The position numbers and the translations under genes were made by a program. From positions 1-56,633 of the forward strand of contig JALSJY010000172.1 of assembly GCA_026989045.1 (NCBI GenBank): DNA of 56,633 nt, read 5' to 3'. The DNA comes from Hyphomicrobiales bacterium (GTDB taxonomy: Bacteria > Pseudomonadota > Alphaproteobacteria > Rhizobiales > Devosiaceae). Below, one piece after another: positions 27,618 to 38,004 of the stretch (its first letter is position 1; every line of letters begins with the position of its first letter). The notes beneath the pieces are model-generated. The model did no database searches, was not told the origin of the DNA, and was given only the letters and a program-made list of their open reading frames with translations.

Positions 27618-29468
27618 ATGAAAATGAACAACATAACAAAAACAACAAAAACCCAATTTGGTAGCCTTCCTGTTTGGGATTTATCTGACCTTTATCCTGC
27701 AATAGATTCAAGCGAGTTTAATGCTGATTTAGAAAAAGCAAAGCAAGAGACAAAAGACTTTGAAAAATCTTACAAAGATAAATTGGCTGAAATAGCAAAA
27801 AATGGCTCGTTAATTGATGTAATTATTTTTTATGAAAATTTAAGCGATTTAATAGGCCGTATTGGCTCATTTGCCTATCTCACTTATGTGCAGAATACTG
27901 CTGACCCTGAGCGAGCAAAATTTTTGGGCGACACACAAGAAGCTCTAACCAATCTTTCAACAAATCTAATATTCTTCTCACTTGAATTAAACCAGATAGA
28001 TGAAGAGGTTTTACAAGAGGCTTTTGATAAAGACAAAAAACTGGCGCGCTATAAGCCATGGTTTGATGAATTAAGAAAAGCAAAGCCCTATCAACTTGAA
28101 GAGCGGATTGAAGAATTATTTCATGATAAATCCGTAACGGGCAGAGGAGCGTGGAATCGTTTATTTGATGAAACAATGGCTTCGCTGAAATTTGATGTTA
28201 CAATCGAAAGCAAAGGGAAAAGCGAAAGCAAAGGGGAAAGCGAGAGTCTGGGTCTTGAGGCAACGCTGACGCTTTTAAGTGACAAAGATGAGAGCAAGAG
28301 AAAAGCTGCCTATGAGGCGGTGGTTAAAACCCTAAAAGATAATCAGCGCCTTTTTACCCATATCACAAATGTGCTAGCAAAAGACAAAGAAATATCTGAT
28401 CGCTGGCGTAAATTTGAAGATATTGCCGATAGTCGTCATTTAGCAAATTCAGTTGAGAGAGAAACTGTTGATGCCTTGCAAAGCGCAGTGCATAATGCCT
28501 ATCCAAAATTGTCCCATCGCTATTATGCAATGAAGGCAAAATGGTTTGGCAAAGAAAAGCTAAACGCATGGGATAGAAATGCGCCGCTACCTACTTCTGA
28601 TGATACAATATATGATTGGAAGAGGGCTAAAAAAATCGTCATGGATGCTTATGCAGGCTTTTCACCAGAGTTGGCAAAGGTCGCAGAGCCGTTTTTTGAT
28701 AGCGGTTGGATTGATGCACCAGTTGTTGAAGGCAAAGCCCCAGGGGCCTTTGCGCACCCAACTGTGCCAAGCGCTCACCCATATCTCATGCTCAATTATT
28801 TAGGAAAAGCTCGTGATGTAATGACGCTTGCGCATGAATTAGGGCATGGTGTGCATCAGCGTTTGGCGGCCTCGCAAGGGTCTTTAATGGCATCAACCCC
28901 TTTAACATTAGCTGAAACCGCTTCTGTTTTTGGTGAAATGCTCACTTTTCGCTCGCTACTTGATGGCGCGAAAACCAAAAAACAGCGTTTTGCTCTTCTC
29001 TGCCAAAAGGTTGAGGATATGCTTAACACGGTTGTGCGCCAAATTGCCTTTTATACATTTGAGCGAGAGCTACATACAGCAAGGCGCAAGGGGGAGCTAA
29101 AAACTGAAGAAATAAATCAGATTTGGTTAGACGTTTCAAAAGAAAGTCTGGGTGATGCGGTTGAGCTAAATGATGGCTATGAGATTTTTTGGTCGTATAT
29201 TCCACATTTTATCCACTCGCCTTTTTATGTTTATGCCTATGCTTTTGGTGATTGTTTGGTAAATTCGCTTTATGCGAAATATCAAGATAATTCAGATGGT
29301 TTTGTTGAAAAATATTTTGATCTTTTAAAAGCTGGTGGCTCAAAACATCATTCTGAATTATTAAAGCCTTTTGGGCTTGATGCTAGTGATAAGGAGTTTT
29401 GGTCGCTTGGGCTTTCAATGATAAGCGATATGATTGATGAGTTGGAAGTTTTGCAAGATGAGATATAA
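27618..29468 (+). CDS. pepF: Oligoendopeptidase F family (M3B) metallopeptidase
   Basis: HELGHGVH zinc motif and overall M3B length. I chose the ATG at 27618 (MKMNNITK). The track ORF starts at 27570. Confidence 0.8.
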   Translation: MKMNNITKTTKTQFGSLPVWDLSDLYPAIDSSEFNADLEKAKQETKDFEKSYKDKLAEIAKNGSLIDVIIFYENLSDLIGRIGSFAYLTYVQNTADPERAKFLGDTQEALTNLSTNLIFFSLELNQIDEEVLQEAFDKDKKLARYKPWFDELRKAKPYQLEERIEELFHDKSVTGRGAWNRLFDETMASLKFDVTIESKGKSESKGESESLGLEATLTLLSDKDESKRKAAYEAVVKTLKDNQRLFTHITNVLAKDKEISDRWRKFEDIADSRHLANSVERETVDALQSAVHNAYPKLSHRYYAMKAKWFGKEKLNAWDRNAPLPTSDDTIYDWKRAKKIVMDAYAGFSPELAKVAEPFFDSGWIDAPVVEGKAPGAFAHPTVPSAHPYLMLNYLGKARDVMTLAHELGHGVHQRLAASQGSLMASTPLTLAETASVFGEMLTFRSLLDGAKTKKQRFALLCQKVEDMLNTVVRQIAFYTFERELHTARRKGELKTEEINQIWLDVSKESLGDAVELNDGYEIFWSYIPHFIHSPFYVYAYAFGDCLVNSLYAKYQDNSDGFVEKYFDLLKAGGSKHHSELLKPFGLDASDKEFWSLGLSMISDMIDELEVLQDEI

Positions 29469-29567
29469 GTTGAAAAATCTGATATAAAAGGATTTACTGA
29501 TTCTAATATTTCATCTGTTGACAAAATTGCTTATATTAGCAATTACTAATAAAAACATTTATGGAAA

Positions 29568-30803
29568 ATGAAAATGAAGATTGCAATTTTATCTGAGAGT
29601 GGTTCTGGTGAAACAAGAGTAGCAGCAACGCCAGAAACTATAACAAAATATATAGGGCTTGGCGCAAATGTCAGCATAGAAAAGGGAGCTGGTGAAAAAG
29701 CGCGTTTTCTTGACGAACAATATAAAAGTGCAGGGGCAACCATTGCCGCTTCAAGTGCTAGTGCAGTTAAGGGCGCTGATGTAGTGCTTTGCGTGCGCCG
29801 CCCAAAAGCTAGCGCTTTAAAGGGCGTAAAAAAAGGTGCTTTAGTTATCTCTATAATGGATCCTTTTGATAATGAGGGTGAAATTGCTTCACTTGCAAAA
29901 ACTGGTGTAAGCGCAATTGCCATGGAATTTATGCCCCGCATAACACGAGCGCAGGTTATGGACGTTTTGTCATCTCAAGCAAACCTTGCAGGTTATCAGG
30001 CAATGGTTGATGCTTCTGTTGTTTTTGATCGTGCCATTCCAATGATGATGACGGCGGCTGGCACAATTCGCCCCGCAAAAGTTTTCGTTATGGGGGCAGG
30101 GGTTGCAGGGTTGCAGGCAATTGCAACCGCAAGGCGTTTGGGGGCAGTGGTTAGTGCAACAGATGTGCGCCCAGCATCAAAAGAACAAGTTGCTTCATTG
30201 GGTGCAAAATTTATTGCAGTAGAGGACGAAGAATTTAAGCAAGCAGAAACCACTGCAGGTTATGCCAAGCCAATGAGTGCCGCTTATCAAAAAAAGCAGG
30301 CTGAATTAACTGCTTCTCATATTGCAAAACAAGATATTGTTATTACTACAGCGCTTATTCCAGGTCGCCCAGCGCCAAAATTGATAACCAAAAAAATGGT
30401 CGAAGCCATGGCGGCTGGTTCTGTCATTGTAGATTTAGCCGCTGAGCGCGGTGGTAATTGTGAGTTGACCAAGCCAGATAAAATTTTCATTCATAAAGAT
30501 GTATCTATCATTGGTTATACCAATATGGCTGGGCGAGTTGCTACTTCTGCCTCTTCTCTTTATTCACGTAATCTAATGAGTTTTTTAGAAACGCTTATAG
30601 ATAAAGAAAGCAAGGCGCTAAAAATTGATTGGGAAGATGAATTAGTTAAGGCAACTGCTTTAACAAGAGATAATAAAATCATTCACCCAAATATAAAAAT
30701 AAAAACAGCTACAAAGAAAAAACCTGCAGTTAAAAAAACAGCAACCAAAAAACCTATGCCTAAAAAAGCGGCAACTAAAAAAACAACTAAAGGAGCAAAA
30801 TAA
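29568..30803 (+). CDS. pntAA: NAD(P) transhydrogenase alpha subunit part 1 (dI) with a Lys-rich C-terminal tail
   Basis: ETRVAATPE and Rossmann motif [20 protein letters not shown]. The last ~35 aa read [35 protein letters not shown]. Confidence 0.9.
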   Translation: MKMKIAILSESGSGETRVAATPETITKYIGLGANVSIEKGAGEKARFLDEQYKSAGATIAASSASAVKGADVVLCVRRPKASALKGVKKGALVISIMDPFDNEGEIASLAKTGVSAIAMEFMPRITRAQVMDVLSSQANLAGYQAMVDASVVFDRAIPMMMTAAGTIRPAKVFVMGAGVAGLQAIATARRLGAVVSATDVRPASKEQVASLGAKFIAVEDEEFKQAETTAGYAKPMSAAYQKKQAELTASHIAKQDIVITTALIPGRPAPKLITKKMVEAMAAGSVIVDLAAERGGNCELTKPDKIFIHKDVSIIGYTNMAGRVATSASSLYSRNLMSFLETLIDKESKALKIDWEDELVKATALTRDNKIIHPNIKIKTATKKKPAVKKTATKKPMPKKAATKKTTKGAK

Positions 30804-31111
30804 TGGAACAGATAATTGATCCGTTTTTCTTCAGAATGGCAATTTTCGTACTTGCGATCTTTGTTGGCTATTTCGTGGTATGGAGCGTAACTCCCGCCCT
30901 TCATACTCCCTTAATGTCAGTCACTAACGCCATATCTTCGGTTATTGTGGTTGGGGCATTATTGGCGGTTGGCGTTAATATGGTTGAGGGGGCAGGAATT
31001 GCCTCAAAAATCTTTGGCTTTATTGCTTTGATTTTAGCCAGCGTGAATATTTTTGGTGGCTTTTTAGTTACCCAGCGCATGCTAGCAATGTATAAAAAGA
31101 AGGAGAAATAA
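30803..31111 (+). CDS. pntAB: NAD(P) transhydrogenase alpha subunit part 2 (membrane dII-a)
   Basis: 102 aa with three hydrophobic helices. Its start overlaps the pntAA stop (TAATG). Confidence 0.88.
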   Translation: MEQIIDPFFFRMAIFVLAIFVGYFVVWSVTPALHTPLMSVTNAISSVIVVGALLAVGVNMVEGAGIASKIFGFIALILASVNIFGGFLVTQRMLAMYKKKEK

Positions 31112-31112
31112 C

Positions 31113-32519
31113 ATGATTTCTGCAAATATTGCTTCCCTTCTTTATCTTAGTGCGGGTGTTTTATTTATTTTAGCCCTGCGAGGCCTTTCCTCACCAGCAT
31201 CTGCCCGTCAGGGTAATATGTTTGGCATGATTGGTATGACAATCGCCATTTTAACAACGCTTGGCGTGCTAATGCCAATTTCCCCGCTTTCATGGGTTTT
31301 AATTTTAGCTGGCTTAGCAATTGGTGGCACAATTGGTGCAGTGATGGCAAAGAAAATTGCTATGACAGATATGCCACAATTAGTTGCAGCATTTCACTCG
31401 CTTGTTGGCCTAGCGGCGGTGTTTGTGGCAGCGGCTGCTTTTTATGCCCCTGAAAGTTTTGGTATTGGCACACTCGGTCATATTCATGCCCAAGCTTTGA
31501 TCGAAATGAGCCTTGGTGTTGCCATTGGTGCGTTTACTTTTACAGGCTCAGTAATTGCTTTTTTAAAGCTTGATGGACGCATGTCTGGCACGCCGATTAT
31601 CCTGCCATTTCGGCATCTGATACATTTAGCGCTTGGTGCTTTGTTGATATATTTGGTTTATTTGGTGGTCATGAGTAATGCCGCTTGGATTTTCTGGGTA
31701 ATAGTGGTTGTCGCTTTAGTGCTTGGCGTGTTGATGATTATTCCTATCGGAGGCGCTGATATGCCTGTTGTGGTTTCTATGCTCAATTCTTATTCGGGCT
31801 GGGCAGCGGCTGGCATTGGCTTCACCATGGGCAATAGTGCGCTTATTATTACTGGTGCTTTAGTTGGCTCATCAGGTGCAATTCTTTCCTATATTATGTG
31901 TAAGGCGATGAACCGATCGTTCATCTCAGTTATTCTTGGTGGCTTTGGTGGAGATAGCGTTAGCGCTGGCTCTGGTGAAGAAGAAACTCGCCCAGTGAAA
32001 CAAGGCTCAGCAGATGATGCCGCTTTCATGATGAAAAACGCTTCAAAAGTAATCATCGTCCCTGGATATGGCATGGCAGTAGCCCAAGCCCAACATGCGG
32101 TGCGTGAAATGGTTGACTTGCTTAAAGAAGAAGGCGTTGAAGTTAAATATGCCATTCATCCAGTGGCGGGTCGTATGCCTGGACACATGAATGTTTTGTT
32201 GGCTGAAGCTAATGTTCCTTATGATGAGGTGTTTGAGCTTGAGGATATAAATTCTGAATTTGCCCAAACCGATGTGGCTTTTGTAATTGGCGCAAATGAT
32301 GTGACCAACCCATCTGCTAAAACAGATAAAACGTCGCCAATTTATGGCATGCCTGTTTTAGACGTTGAAAATGCTCATTCGGTATTATTCATCAAACGTG
32401 GTATGTCAGCTGGCTATGCAGGTGTGCAGAATGAATTATTTTTCCGTGATAACACAATGATGTTATTTGGTGATGCTAAAAAAATGACAGAGAATATCAT
32501 TAAAGCGCTTGGTCACTAA
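31113..32519 (+). CDS. pntB: NAD(P) transhydrogenase beta subunit
   Basis: Polytopic N-terminal half plus a dIII NADP(H) domain (VPGYGMAVAQAQH, HPVAGRMPGHMNVLLAEA). Confidence 0.93.
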   Translation: MISANIASLLYLSAGVLFILALRGLSSPASARQGNMFGMIGMTIAILTTLGVLMPISPLSWVLILAGLAIGGTIGAVMAKKIAMTDMPQLVAAFHSLVGLAAVFVAAAAFYAPESFGIGTLGHIHAQALIEMSLGVAIGAFTFTGSVIAFLKLDGRMSGTPIILPFRHLIHLALGALLIYLVYLVVMSNAAWIFWVIVVVALVLGVLMIIPIGGADMPVVVSMLNSYSGWAAAGIGFTMGNSALIITGALVGSSGAILSYIMCKAMNRSFISVILGGFGGDSVSAGSGEEETRPVKQGSADDAAFMMKNASKVIIVPGYGMAVAQAQHAVREMVDLLKEEGVEVKYAIHPVAGRMPGHMNVLLAEANVPYDEVFELEDINSEFAQTDVAFVIGANDVTNPSAKTDKTSPIYGMPVLDVENAHSVLFIKRGMSAGYAGVQNELFFRDNTMMLFGDAKKMTENIIKALGH

Positions 32520-32543
32520 GCAGGTTAAATGAGAGTGTAGATT

Positions 32544-33335
32544 ATGCAAAAGAAAATTCTTTGGGGTTTGGTATTTATCGCCTCACTTTATTCTGGTGTG
32601 CTGTTATTTATGTCCACTAACCAGCGTAATATGCAATATGCTCCAGGCTCTAAAGCTATAGCGTTAGAAAATGTTGCCGTTCCAAGGGCAGAAATTGCTA
32701 CAATCTCAACAGGTTATTTAAACGTCTATGGTTGGTATGCCCCCCCGCTTGATGGCAAGCCAACTATATTATATTTTAAGGGTAATGAAGGAAGTTTCAG
32801 CAAAGAACATGCAAAATTTGCAGAAATTACAAATGATGGATATGGTTTATTAGCCTTTGATTATCGCGGCTTTCCTCTCTCTCCGGGAAAGATAAATCAG
32901 GATAATATCCTTAATGATAGTTTAGCTGCATTTGACTGGCTTGCTAACAAGGGCTCAGACATTATCCTATATGGCCGCTCGCTAGGCACAGGGCCTGCAA
33001 CTTATGTTGCTTCAAAGCGTGATGCAAAAGCATTGATATTAGAAACGCCTTTCACTTCAGCAGCAGATGTTGCCGCTGAGCGCTATCCAATTTTTCCTGT
33101 AGAAAAATTATTTAAGGATAAATATGAAGTTCGCGAATGGATAAAGCAGGTGCAAGAACCTGTTTTTGTGGGGCATGGCACAGCTGATAAGGTCATTCCT
33201 GTTACGCATGGTGAGAGAGTCTTTGCTCTAGCTCCAAATGCAAAACAATTATGGATTGTCGAAAATGGCACTCATGGTAGCTTATGGGATGCTGGTCTTT
33301 GGCAGCAGATACAAGCTTTTGCATTAAATAACTAA
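32544..33335 (+). CDS. Alpha/beta hydrolase with N-terminal membrane anchor
   Basis: GRSLGTG nucleophile elbow and C-terminal GTADKVIP ... H pattern. Confidence 0.7.
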   Translation: MQKKILWGLVFIASLYSGVLLFMSTNQRNMQYAPGSKAIALENVAVPRAEIATISTGYLNVYGWYAPPLDGKPTILYFKGNEGSFSKEHAKFAEITNDGYGLLAFDYRGFPLSPGKINQDNILNDSLAAFDWLANKGSDIILYGRSLGTGPATYVASKRDAKALILETPFTSAADVAAERYPIFPVEKLFKDKYEVREWIKQVQEPVFVGHGTADKVIPVTHGERVFALAPNAKQLWIVENGTHGSLWDAGLWQQIQAFALNN

Positions 33336-33346
33336 AGACCACAAAA

Positions 33347-33369
33347 AAGGGTCACCAAAAGCGACCCTT
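33347..33369 (-). terminator. Terminator downstream of rpsU
   Basis: AAGGGTC pairs with GACCCTT. On the minus strand the hairpin is followed by TTTTTTG. Confidence 0.65.
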
Positions 33370-33399
33370 AAACTTTATTCAAAAAATAAGTAGTTAGGC

Positions 33400-33609
33400 T
33401 TAAACGCTACCACTTTCACGTTGCAAACGCTTGCGCTCAAGTTTGCGTGCGCGGCGCACAGCTTCTGCCTTTTGGCGAGCGCGCTTTTCAGATGGTTTTT
33501 CATAATGATCACGCAATTTCATTTCACGAAAAACACCTTCGCGTTGAAGTTTCTTTTTAAGCGCTCTAAGCGCTTGATCTACATTATTATCACGAACGAT
33601 TACTTGCAA
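33400..33609 (-). CDS. rpsU: 30S ribosomal protein S21
   Basis: [31 protein letters not shown]...YEKPSEKR is the S21 signature. Confidence 0.92.
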   Translation of the reverse strand: MQVIVRDNNVDQALRALKKKLQREGVFREMKLRDHYEKPSEKRARQKAEAVRRARKLERKRLQRESGSV

Positions 33610-33722
33610 AGCCTTGTTGCTCCATAAAATATTAAAAGATTTAAGCGCTGAACTATCAGAGCTTGTTACGTTTGTCTATAGTTTGCGCACACTAAAGCAT
33701 GTTTTTGTCAATAAAACACGCT

Positions 33723-34826
33723 TTAATCGCTAACAATGTTTATATGAGCCATTTTTCGCCCTTTTCGAACGTCTTTTTTACCATAAAAATGCGGTTGCAT
33801 ACCCGATTCTAAATTTTTATGCGCATCAATCACTTCATCGCCAATTAGGTTCTCCATCACCACATTGCAATAACGTGTTGGATCGCCCAAAGGCCAGTTG
33901 CAAATTGCCCTAATATGTTGCTCAAACTGGTTTGTGATGCAGGCCGCCTGCGTCCAATGGCCAGAATTATGCACTCTTGGTGCAATTTCATTTACCAATA
34001 AAACAGCGCTTTGGTCAGTTGCATTAGCATCGGGCTTGGTTACAAAAAACTCAACTCCTAGCACACCGACATAATCAAGCGCCCCAACAATTTGTTGAGC
34101 AATACGGCTAGCGCGCCGTGCAGTAATCTTATCAATATTTGCTGGCACTGTGCTAGTTTTAAGAATATGATTCTCATGTATGTTTTCAGCTGCATCAAAA
34201 TCACGCACCTGCCCACCAATATTACGAGCAACCACAACGGAAATTTCTTTTTCAAATGGCACAAAAGCCTCTAGCACTAAATCAGAGCCTTTAAGTTCCT
34301 CAAAAGCCTGCTTTGCCTCTTCGTCAGAAGAAATAATCCTCTGCCCCTTGCCATCATACCCCATGGTTGTAGTTTTTAAGACAGATTTATAACCTATTTT
34401 TTTAATAGCCTGTTTAAGTTGCTCTTCATTTTGAACTAAAGCAAAATTAGCAATTTTTATTTCATTTTTTAATAAAAAGTTTTTTTCTTTAATTCTGTCT
34501 TGGCTGATTGATAAAGCTCTTGAATTTGGTGCAACGGGTTTTAATTTTTCCAAAAATTTAATTGAGCTAACGGGTAGGTTTTCAAATTCATAAGTTATCA
34601 CATCACAAAGTTTGGCAAATTTTGTTAACTCTGCCTCATCATCATAGGGCGCTATAATTTTATTTGGTGTTACGTCAAAAGCTGGGCTATTTTCATCGGG
34701 GCAGAAAATAATGGTTTTCATGCCAAGCTGTGCCGCAGATAATGCTAACATTCTGCCAAGTTGTCCGCCACCAATTATGCCAATGGTTGAACCTATAGCT
34801 AGCATTTCACTTTTGTTTTTACTCAT
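33723..34826 (-). CDS. purK: N5-carboxyaminoimidazole ribonucleotide synthase
   Basis: IGIIGGGQLGRM ATP-grasp N-terminus. The gene lies directly downstream of purE. Confidence 0.9.
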   Translation of the reverse strand: MSKNKSEMLAIGSTIGIIGGGQLGRMLALSAAQLGMKTIIFCPDENSPAFDVTPNKIIAPYDDEAELTKFAKLCDVITYEFENLPVSSIKFLEKLKPVAPNSRALSISQDRIKEKNFLLKNEIKIANFALVQNEEQLKQAIKKIGYKSVLKTTTMGYDGKGQRIISSDEEAKQAFEELKGSDLVLEAFVPFEKEISVVVARNIGGQVRDFDAAENIHENHILKTSTVPANIDKITARRASRIAQQIVGALDYVGVLGVEFFVTKPDANATDQSAVLLVNEIAPRVHNSGHWTQAACITNQFEQHIRAICNWPLGDPTRYCNVVMENLIGDEVIDAHKNLESGMQPHFYGKKDVRKGRKMAHINIVSD

Positions 34827-34827
34827 T

Positions 34828-35316
34828 TTAATCTACCGGAAATTGTGCAACAGAGGCACTTTGTTGTTGACGAAATTGATTTAGATTTTCTTCTATGGCG
34901 ATATTATTAAGTGAAAGCACAGAAGCTGCCAATAGGGCTGCATTTTTAGCCCCCGGCTCACCAATCGCCAACGTGCCAACGGGAATGCCAGCAGGCATCT
35001 GCACAATGGATAAAAGGCTGTCTTTGCCACTTAATGCCTTTGATTGAATAGGCACGCCAAACACGGGCAGTGATGTCATTGCCGCAATCATACCAGGTAG
35101 GTGAGCTGCCCCGCCGGCACCTGCAATAATCACCTTAAAATCGTCTTGGCGAGCGCTTGAGGCAAATTCATAAAGCCTCTCTGGGGTGCGATGGGCAGAA
35201 ATAATGCGAGCCTCATATTCAATTTCAAGAATATCAAGAATTTTGGCTGCCTCGCGCATAGTTGGCCAGTCAGATTGTGACCCCATAACAATTGCAATAG
35301 GTGGTGATATAAACAT
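34828..35316 (-). CDS. purE: N5-CAIR mutase
   Basis: Contains [10 protein letters not shown] and [10 protein letters not shown]. Confidence 0.92.
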   Translation of the reverse strand: MFISPPIAIVMGSQSDWPTMREAAKILDILEIEYEARIISAHRTPERLYEFASSARQDDFKVIIAGAGGAAHLPGMIAAMTSLPVFGVPIQSKALSGKDSLLSIVQMPAGIPVGTLAIGEPGAKNAALLAASVLSLNNIAIEENLNQFRQQQSASVAQFPVD

Positions 35317-35398
35317 TCTATACGCCTCTCATTAGGGCTTAGTTTTTCAGGAAAAACCATTTATCTTAGTTTAGCTTATTATTCAAGTTTATATGATT

Positions 35399-35614
35399 TT
35401 AGGCAATAATGTCAGGTAGAATTATTTTTTCAATTTCAACTATTTTATCTTTTAAATTTAGCTTGCGTTTTTTAATTCGCTGAATAAGCATTTTATCATC
35501 AGTATGGTTATCAAGTAAAACTTTAAGAATTGCCTCTAGGTCAGAATGTTCTTGGCGTTTAGTTGCAAGTTCCAGTCCTAGTTTTGCACTTTGCTCAGGT
35601 GTTAACTCTAACAT
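35399..35614 (-). CDS. DUF465 (YdcH-like) small coiled-coil protein
   Basis: Pattern ...EHSDLEAILKVL...DDKMLIQRIKKRKLNLKDKI is typical of DUF465. Confidence 0.6.
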   Translation of the reverse strand: MLELTPEQSAKLGLELATKRQEHSDLEAILKVLLDNHTDDKMLIQRIKKRKLNLKDKIVEIEKIILPDIIA

Positions 35615-35781
35615 TTTAGTTTGCTCACTAAGTTTTTCTTAAAAAGAACTTTTAACACATTTTCGTTATATATCCTAAAAAATTCTTATTTAGCATCGAC
35701 AGTGCGTGCTTATATGTGGAACAATATAGCTCTCTTAAAATGAGTCTTAAATTTCAGTGTTCAACAAATTAGGGAGTAGTT

Positions 35782-35955
35782 ATGTCAATAGAAAACCGTA
35801 TAGATGCTTTGGAATTACGTCATAAAGACCTTGAAAATAAATTGGAAAGCCTGCTGGCGCATTCATCTGCTGATGAAGATGAAGTTATTGCACTAAAAAA
35901 ACAAAAACTTGAAGTAAAAGACGAATTGGCAAAGCTACAAGCCAATGTTTCTTAA
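35782..35955 (+). CDS. DUF465 (YdcH-like) small coiled-coil protein, 57 aa
   Basis: Below the ORF-track cutoff. It reads MSIENRIDALELRHKDLENKLESLLAHSSADEDEVIALKKQKLEVKDELAKLQANVS. GGGAG lies 6 nt upstream and a terminator follows. Confidence 0.7.
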   Translation: MSIENRIDALELRHKDLENKLESLLAHSSADEDEVIALKKQKLEVKDELAKLQANVS

Positions 35956-35996
35956 GCTAAGCATTATAAAATAATATAACAAAGCATTCATATAAA

Positions 35997-36022
35997 AAGG
36001 CCACAAATAAATTTGTGGCCTT
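35997..36022. terminator. Bidirectional terminator (perfect 12-bp stem)
   Basis: AAGGCCACAAAT-aa-ATTTGTGGCCTT lies between convergent genes and is flanked by A/T runs on both sides. Confidence 0.75.
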
Positions 36023-36057
36023 AATATTAAAAAACTAATTAAACTAGTTATTTTTAG

Positions 36058-36771
36058 CTAGTCTTTTTTTAATGATGTAAGATTTGCAAAAACCGAATCA
36101 GCATCAATTTCTTCCTCACTTGCTAATTTCTTAGCATCATCGAGATTATCAATGCTAGCTGGAGCTTCAATTCCATCATGAGCTTTTGCCAGTGCATCTT
36201 GGGCTGAAAGTAATTTTGTACTACGCTGGTTATCCTCAGAATCAGGGTTAGTTCCCGCAGCCTTTTTAACTTCCATATCAAGATCAATCTGCGTGCACAG
36301 ACCCAAAGTTACTGGGTCAAGCATTGACAGATTTGCTGAATTCCAGTGTGTTCCCTCACGAACCGCCTCAATGGTGGTTTTGGTTGTTCCTACAAGGCGA
36401 ATAATAGCAGCATCTTTTAATTCTGGATGTGAGCGAACTAGCCATTTAATAGCACCAGGACGTTCATTACGGCGAGAAATTGGCGTATATCTTGGCCCTT
36501 TGCGTTTTTTTGTAGCTAATTTTACTTTGCTCTCTAAAAGCTTCATGCGATAATTTTCGTCGGCCTCTGCTTTAGCAATTTCTTCTTTTGTTAGCTGCCC
36601 GTTGTTAATTGGGTTCACACCTCTAACACCACCAGCTACATCGCCATCTGCAATACTTTGAATTTCAAGAATATGTAGTGAGCAAAAATCTGCAACTTGA
36701 TCAAAAGTAAGTGCAGTATTATCAATAAGCCATATTGCGGTTGCTTTAGGCATTAAAAGTGTTGCGGCCAT
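36058..36771 (-). CDS. trcR: DUF1013 / TrcR-family cell-cycle transcriptional regulator
   Basis: MPKATAIWLIDNTALTFDQVADFCSLHILEIQSIADGD and RLVGTTKTTIEAVREGTHWN are DUF1013 hallmarks. I chose the ATG at 36771, which is preceded by GGAG. The track ORF starts at a TTG at 36825. Confidence 0.75.
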   Translation of the reverse strand: MAATLLMPKATAIWLIDNTALTFDQVADFCSLHILEIQSIADGDVAGGVRGVNPINNGQLTKEEIAKAEADENYRMKLLESKVKLATKKRKGPRYTPISRRNERPGAIKWLVRSHPELKDAAIIRLVGTTKTTIEAVREGTHWNSANLSMLDPVTLGLCTQIDLDMEVKKAAGTNPDSEDNQRSTKLLSAQDALAKAHDGIEAPASIDNLDDAKKLASEEEIDADSVFANLTSLKKD

Positions 36772-36919
36772 TTTAGTCTCCAAATAGCTATAATTATCTT
36801 TAAGGCGCAAGCTGGGTTCTTCCAACCTGCTCCGCCTTAATTTTTAATTTAAGGGGAATTAAATCAACTCATATAGTAATCTGATATATTTTTCAATATT
36901 TTTATCAGTTTTACTTTTA

Positions 36920-37921
36920 TCAAAATTTAACCTTTAGCACAATTTTACCAAAATGCTGTTTTGAGCGCATATAGTCATGCGCTAAATTTGCTTCATCAAG
37001 ATTGAAAATCTTAATATGAGGCGGTTTAATAGTTTTTTCTTCAAGCGCCGCCCAAATATCTTTTTTGAGTTTTTTAGCAATTTGGGCCTTTTTTGCTTTG
37101 CTTTGCGGGCCAAGAGTTGAGCCAAAGATATCAAGGTTTTTTAACAATATAGGCGCAAGATTTATTTCAGCCTTTGCTCCACCTAAAAGACCAAGCAACA
37201 TAATTTTTGCATTTTTTGCGCTGGCTTTAATATTTTTGTAAAAAATTTCACCGCCAATAATATCAATCACTCTATCTGCACCAACTCCATTAGTAATTTC
37301 TAAAGTGCGTGCAACAAAATCTTCTTGTTTATAATTGATGATAAATTCTGCCCCCAGACTTTTTACATATTCAGCCTTTTCTTGAGATGAGATAATAGCA
37401 ATAGGACGTGCGCCATAAAAATTTGCAATTTGGATTGCGCTGCCGCCAATCCCCCCCGATGCACCATGAACTAATACAAACATGTGTTTTTTTAATCTTG
37501 AGCGCATCACTAATGTCTGCATGATGGTAAAGAAAGTCTCAGCAATAGTAGCGCCCTCAATTAAGCTCCAACCCTTTGGCAAGGGTAAGACCTGAGTTGC
37601 AGGTAGATTGATAAAATTAGCATATCCAGCCCCATTGCAAAGTGCCACTATTTTATCACCAAGCTTAAAATCTTTCACTTTTGCCCCAAGAGCAATAATT
37701 TCTCCGCTTACCTCTAAGCCAGGCCAAAGAATATTTTCCTTCGTGGGGCGATAAAGACCCTTGGCCTGTAAAATATCAGGGCCATTCACTCCAGCATAAG
37801 CAATTTTAATTAAAACCTCATCAGGCTTTGGCGCTTTTAGGCTACGTTTTTCAAGCTTTAGGGCATGCCCATTACTATCAGTTGAAATTTTTATAGCGTT
37901 TATTTGTGAGTTTTTATGCAT
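36920..37921 (-). CDS. NAD(P)H:quinone oxidoreductase, zinc-free MDR family
   Basis: EVLIKIAYAGVNGPD and GASGGIGGSAIQIA nucleotide motif. The start is uncertain (ATG at 37921 or GTG at 37936). Confidence 0.75.
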   Translation of the reverse strand: MHKNSQINAIKISTDSNGHALKLEKRSLKAPKPDEVLIKIAYAGVNGPDILQAKGLYRPTKENILWPGLEVSGEIIALGAKVKDFKLGDKIVALCNGAGYANFINLPATQVLPLPKGWSLIEGATIAETFFTIMQTLVMRSRLKKHMFVLVHGASGGIGGSAIQIANFYGARPIAIISSQEKAEYVKSLGAEFIINYKQEDFVARTLEITNGVGADRVIDIIGGEIFYKNIKASAKNAKIMLLGLLGGAKAEINLAPILLKNLDIFGSTLGPQSKAKKAQIAKKLKKDIWAALEEKTIKPPHIKIFNLDEANLAHDYMRSKQHFGKIVLKVKF

Positions 37922-38004
37922 GGGTTTATAAAACACTTTATATAAAAAATTTGCAATTTATTCCTGTTCAAATAAAATGCTCAACAATTATAAAGGGGAA
38001 TAAA

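Noticed and set aside
36772-36825. N-terminal extension of the TrcR ORF (TTG start at 36825). Similar extensions occur on other track ORFs (17562..17594, 19923..19982, 25825..25884, 27570..27617, 42743..42754, 47436..47480, 49294..49332 and 56402..56431).
   Set aside because: In each case an internal ATG with a GGAG-like SD or a signal-peptide start gives a protein matching the family N-terminus. In trcR the extension overlaps a leader hairpin (AAGGCG...CGCCTT, 36802..36838).
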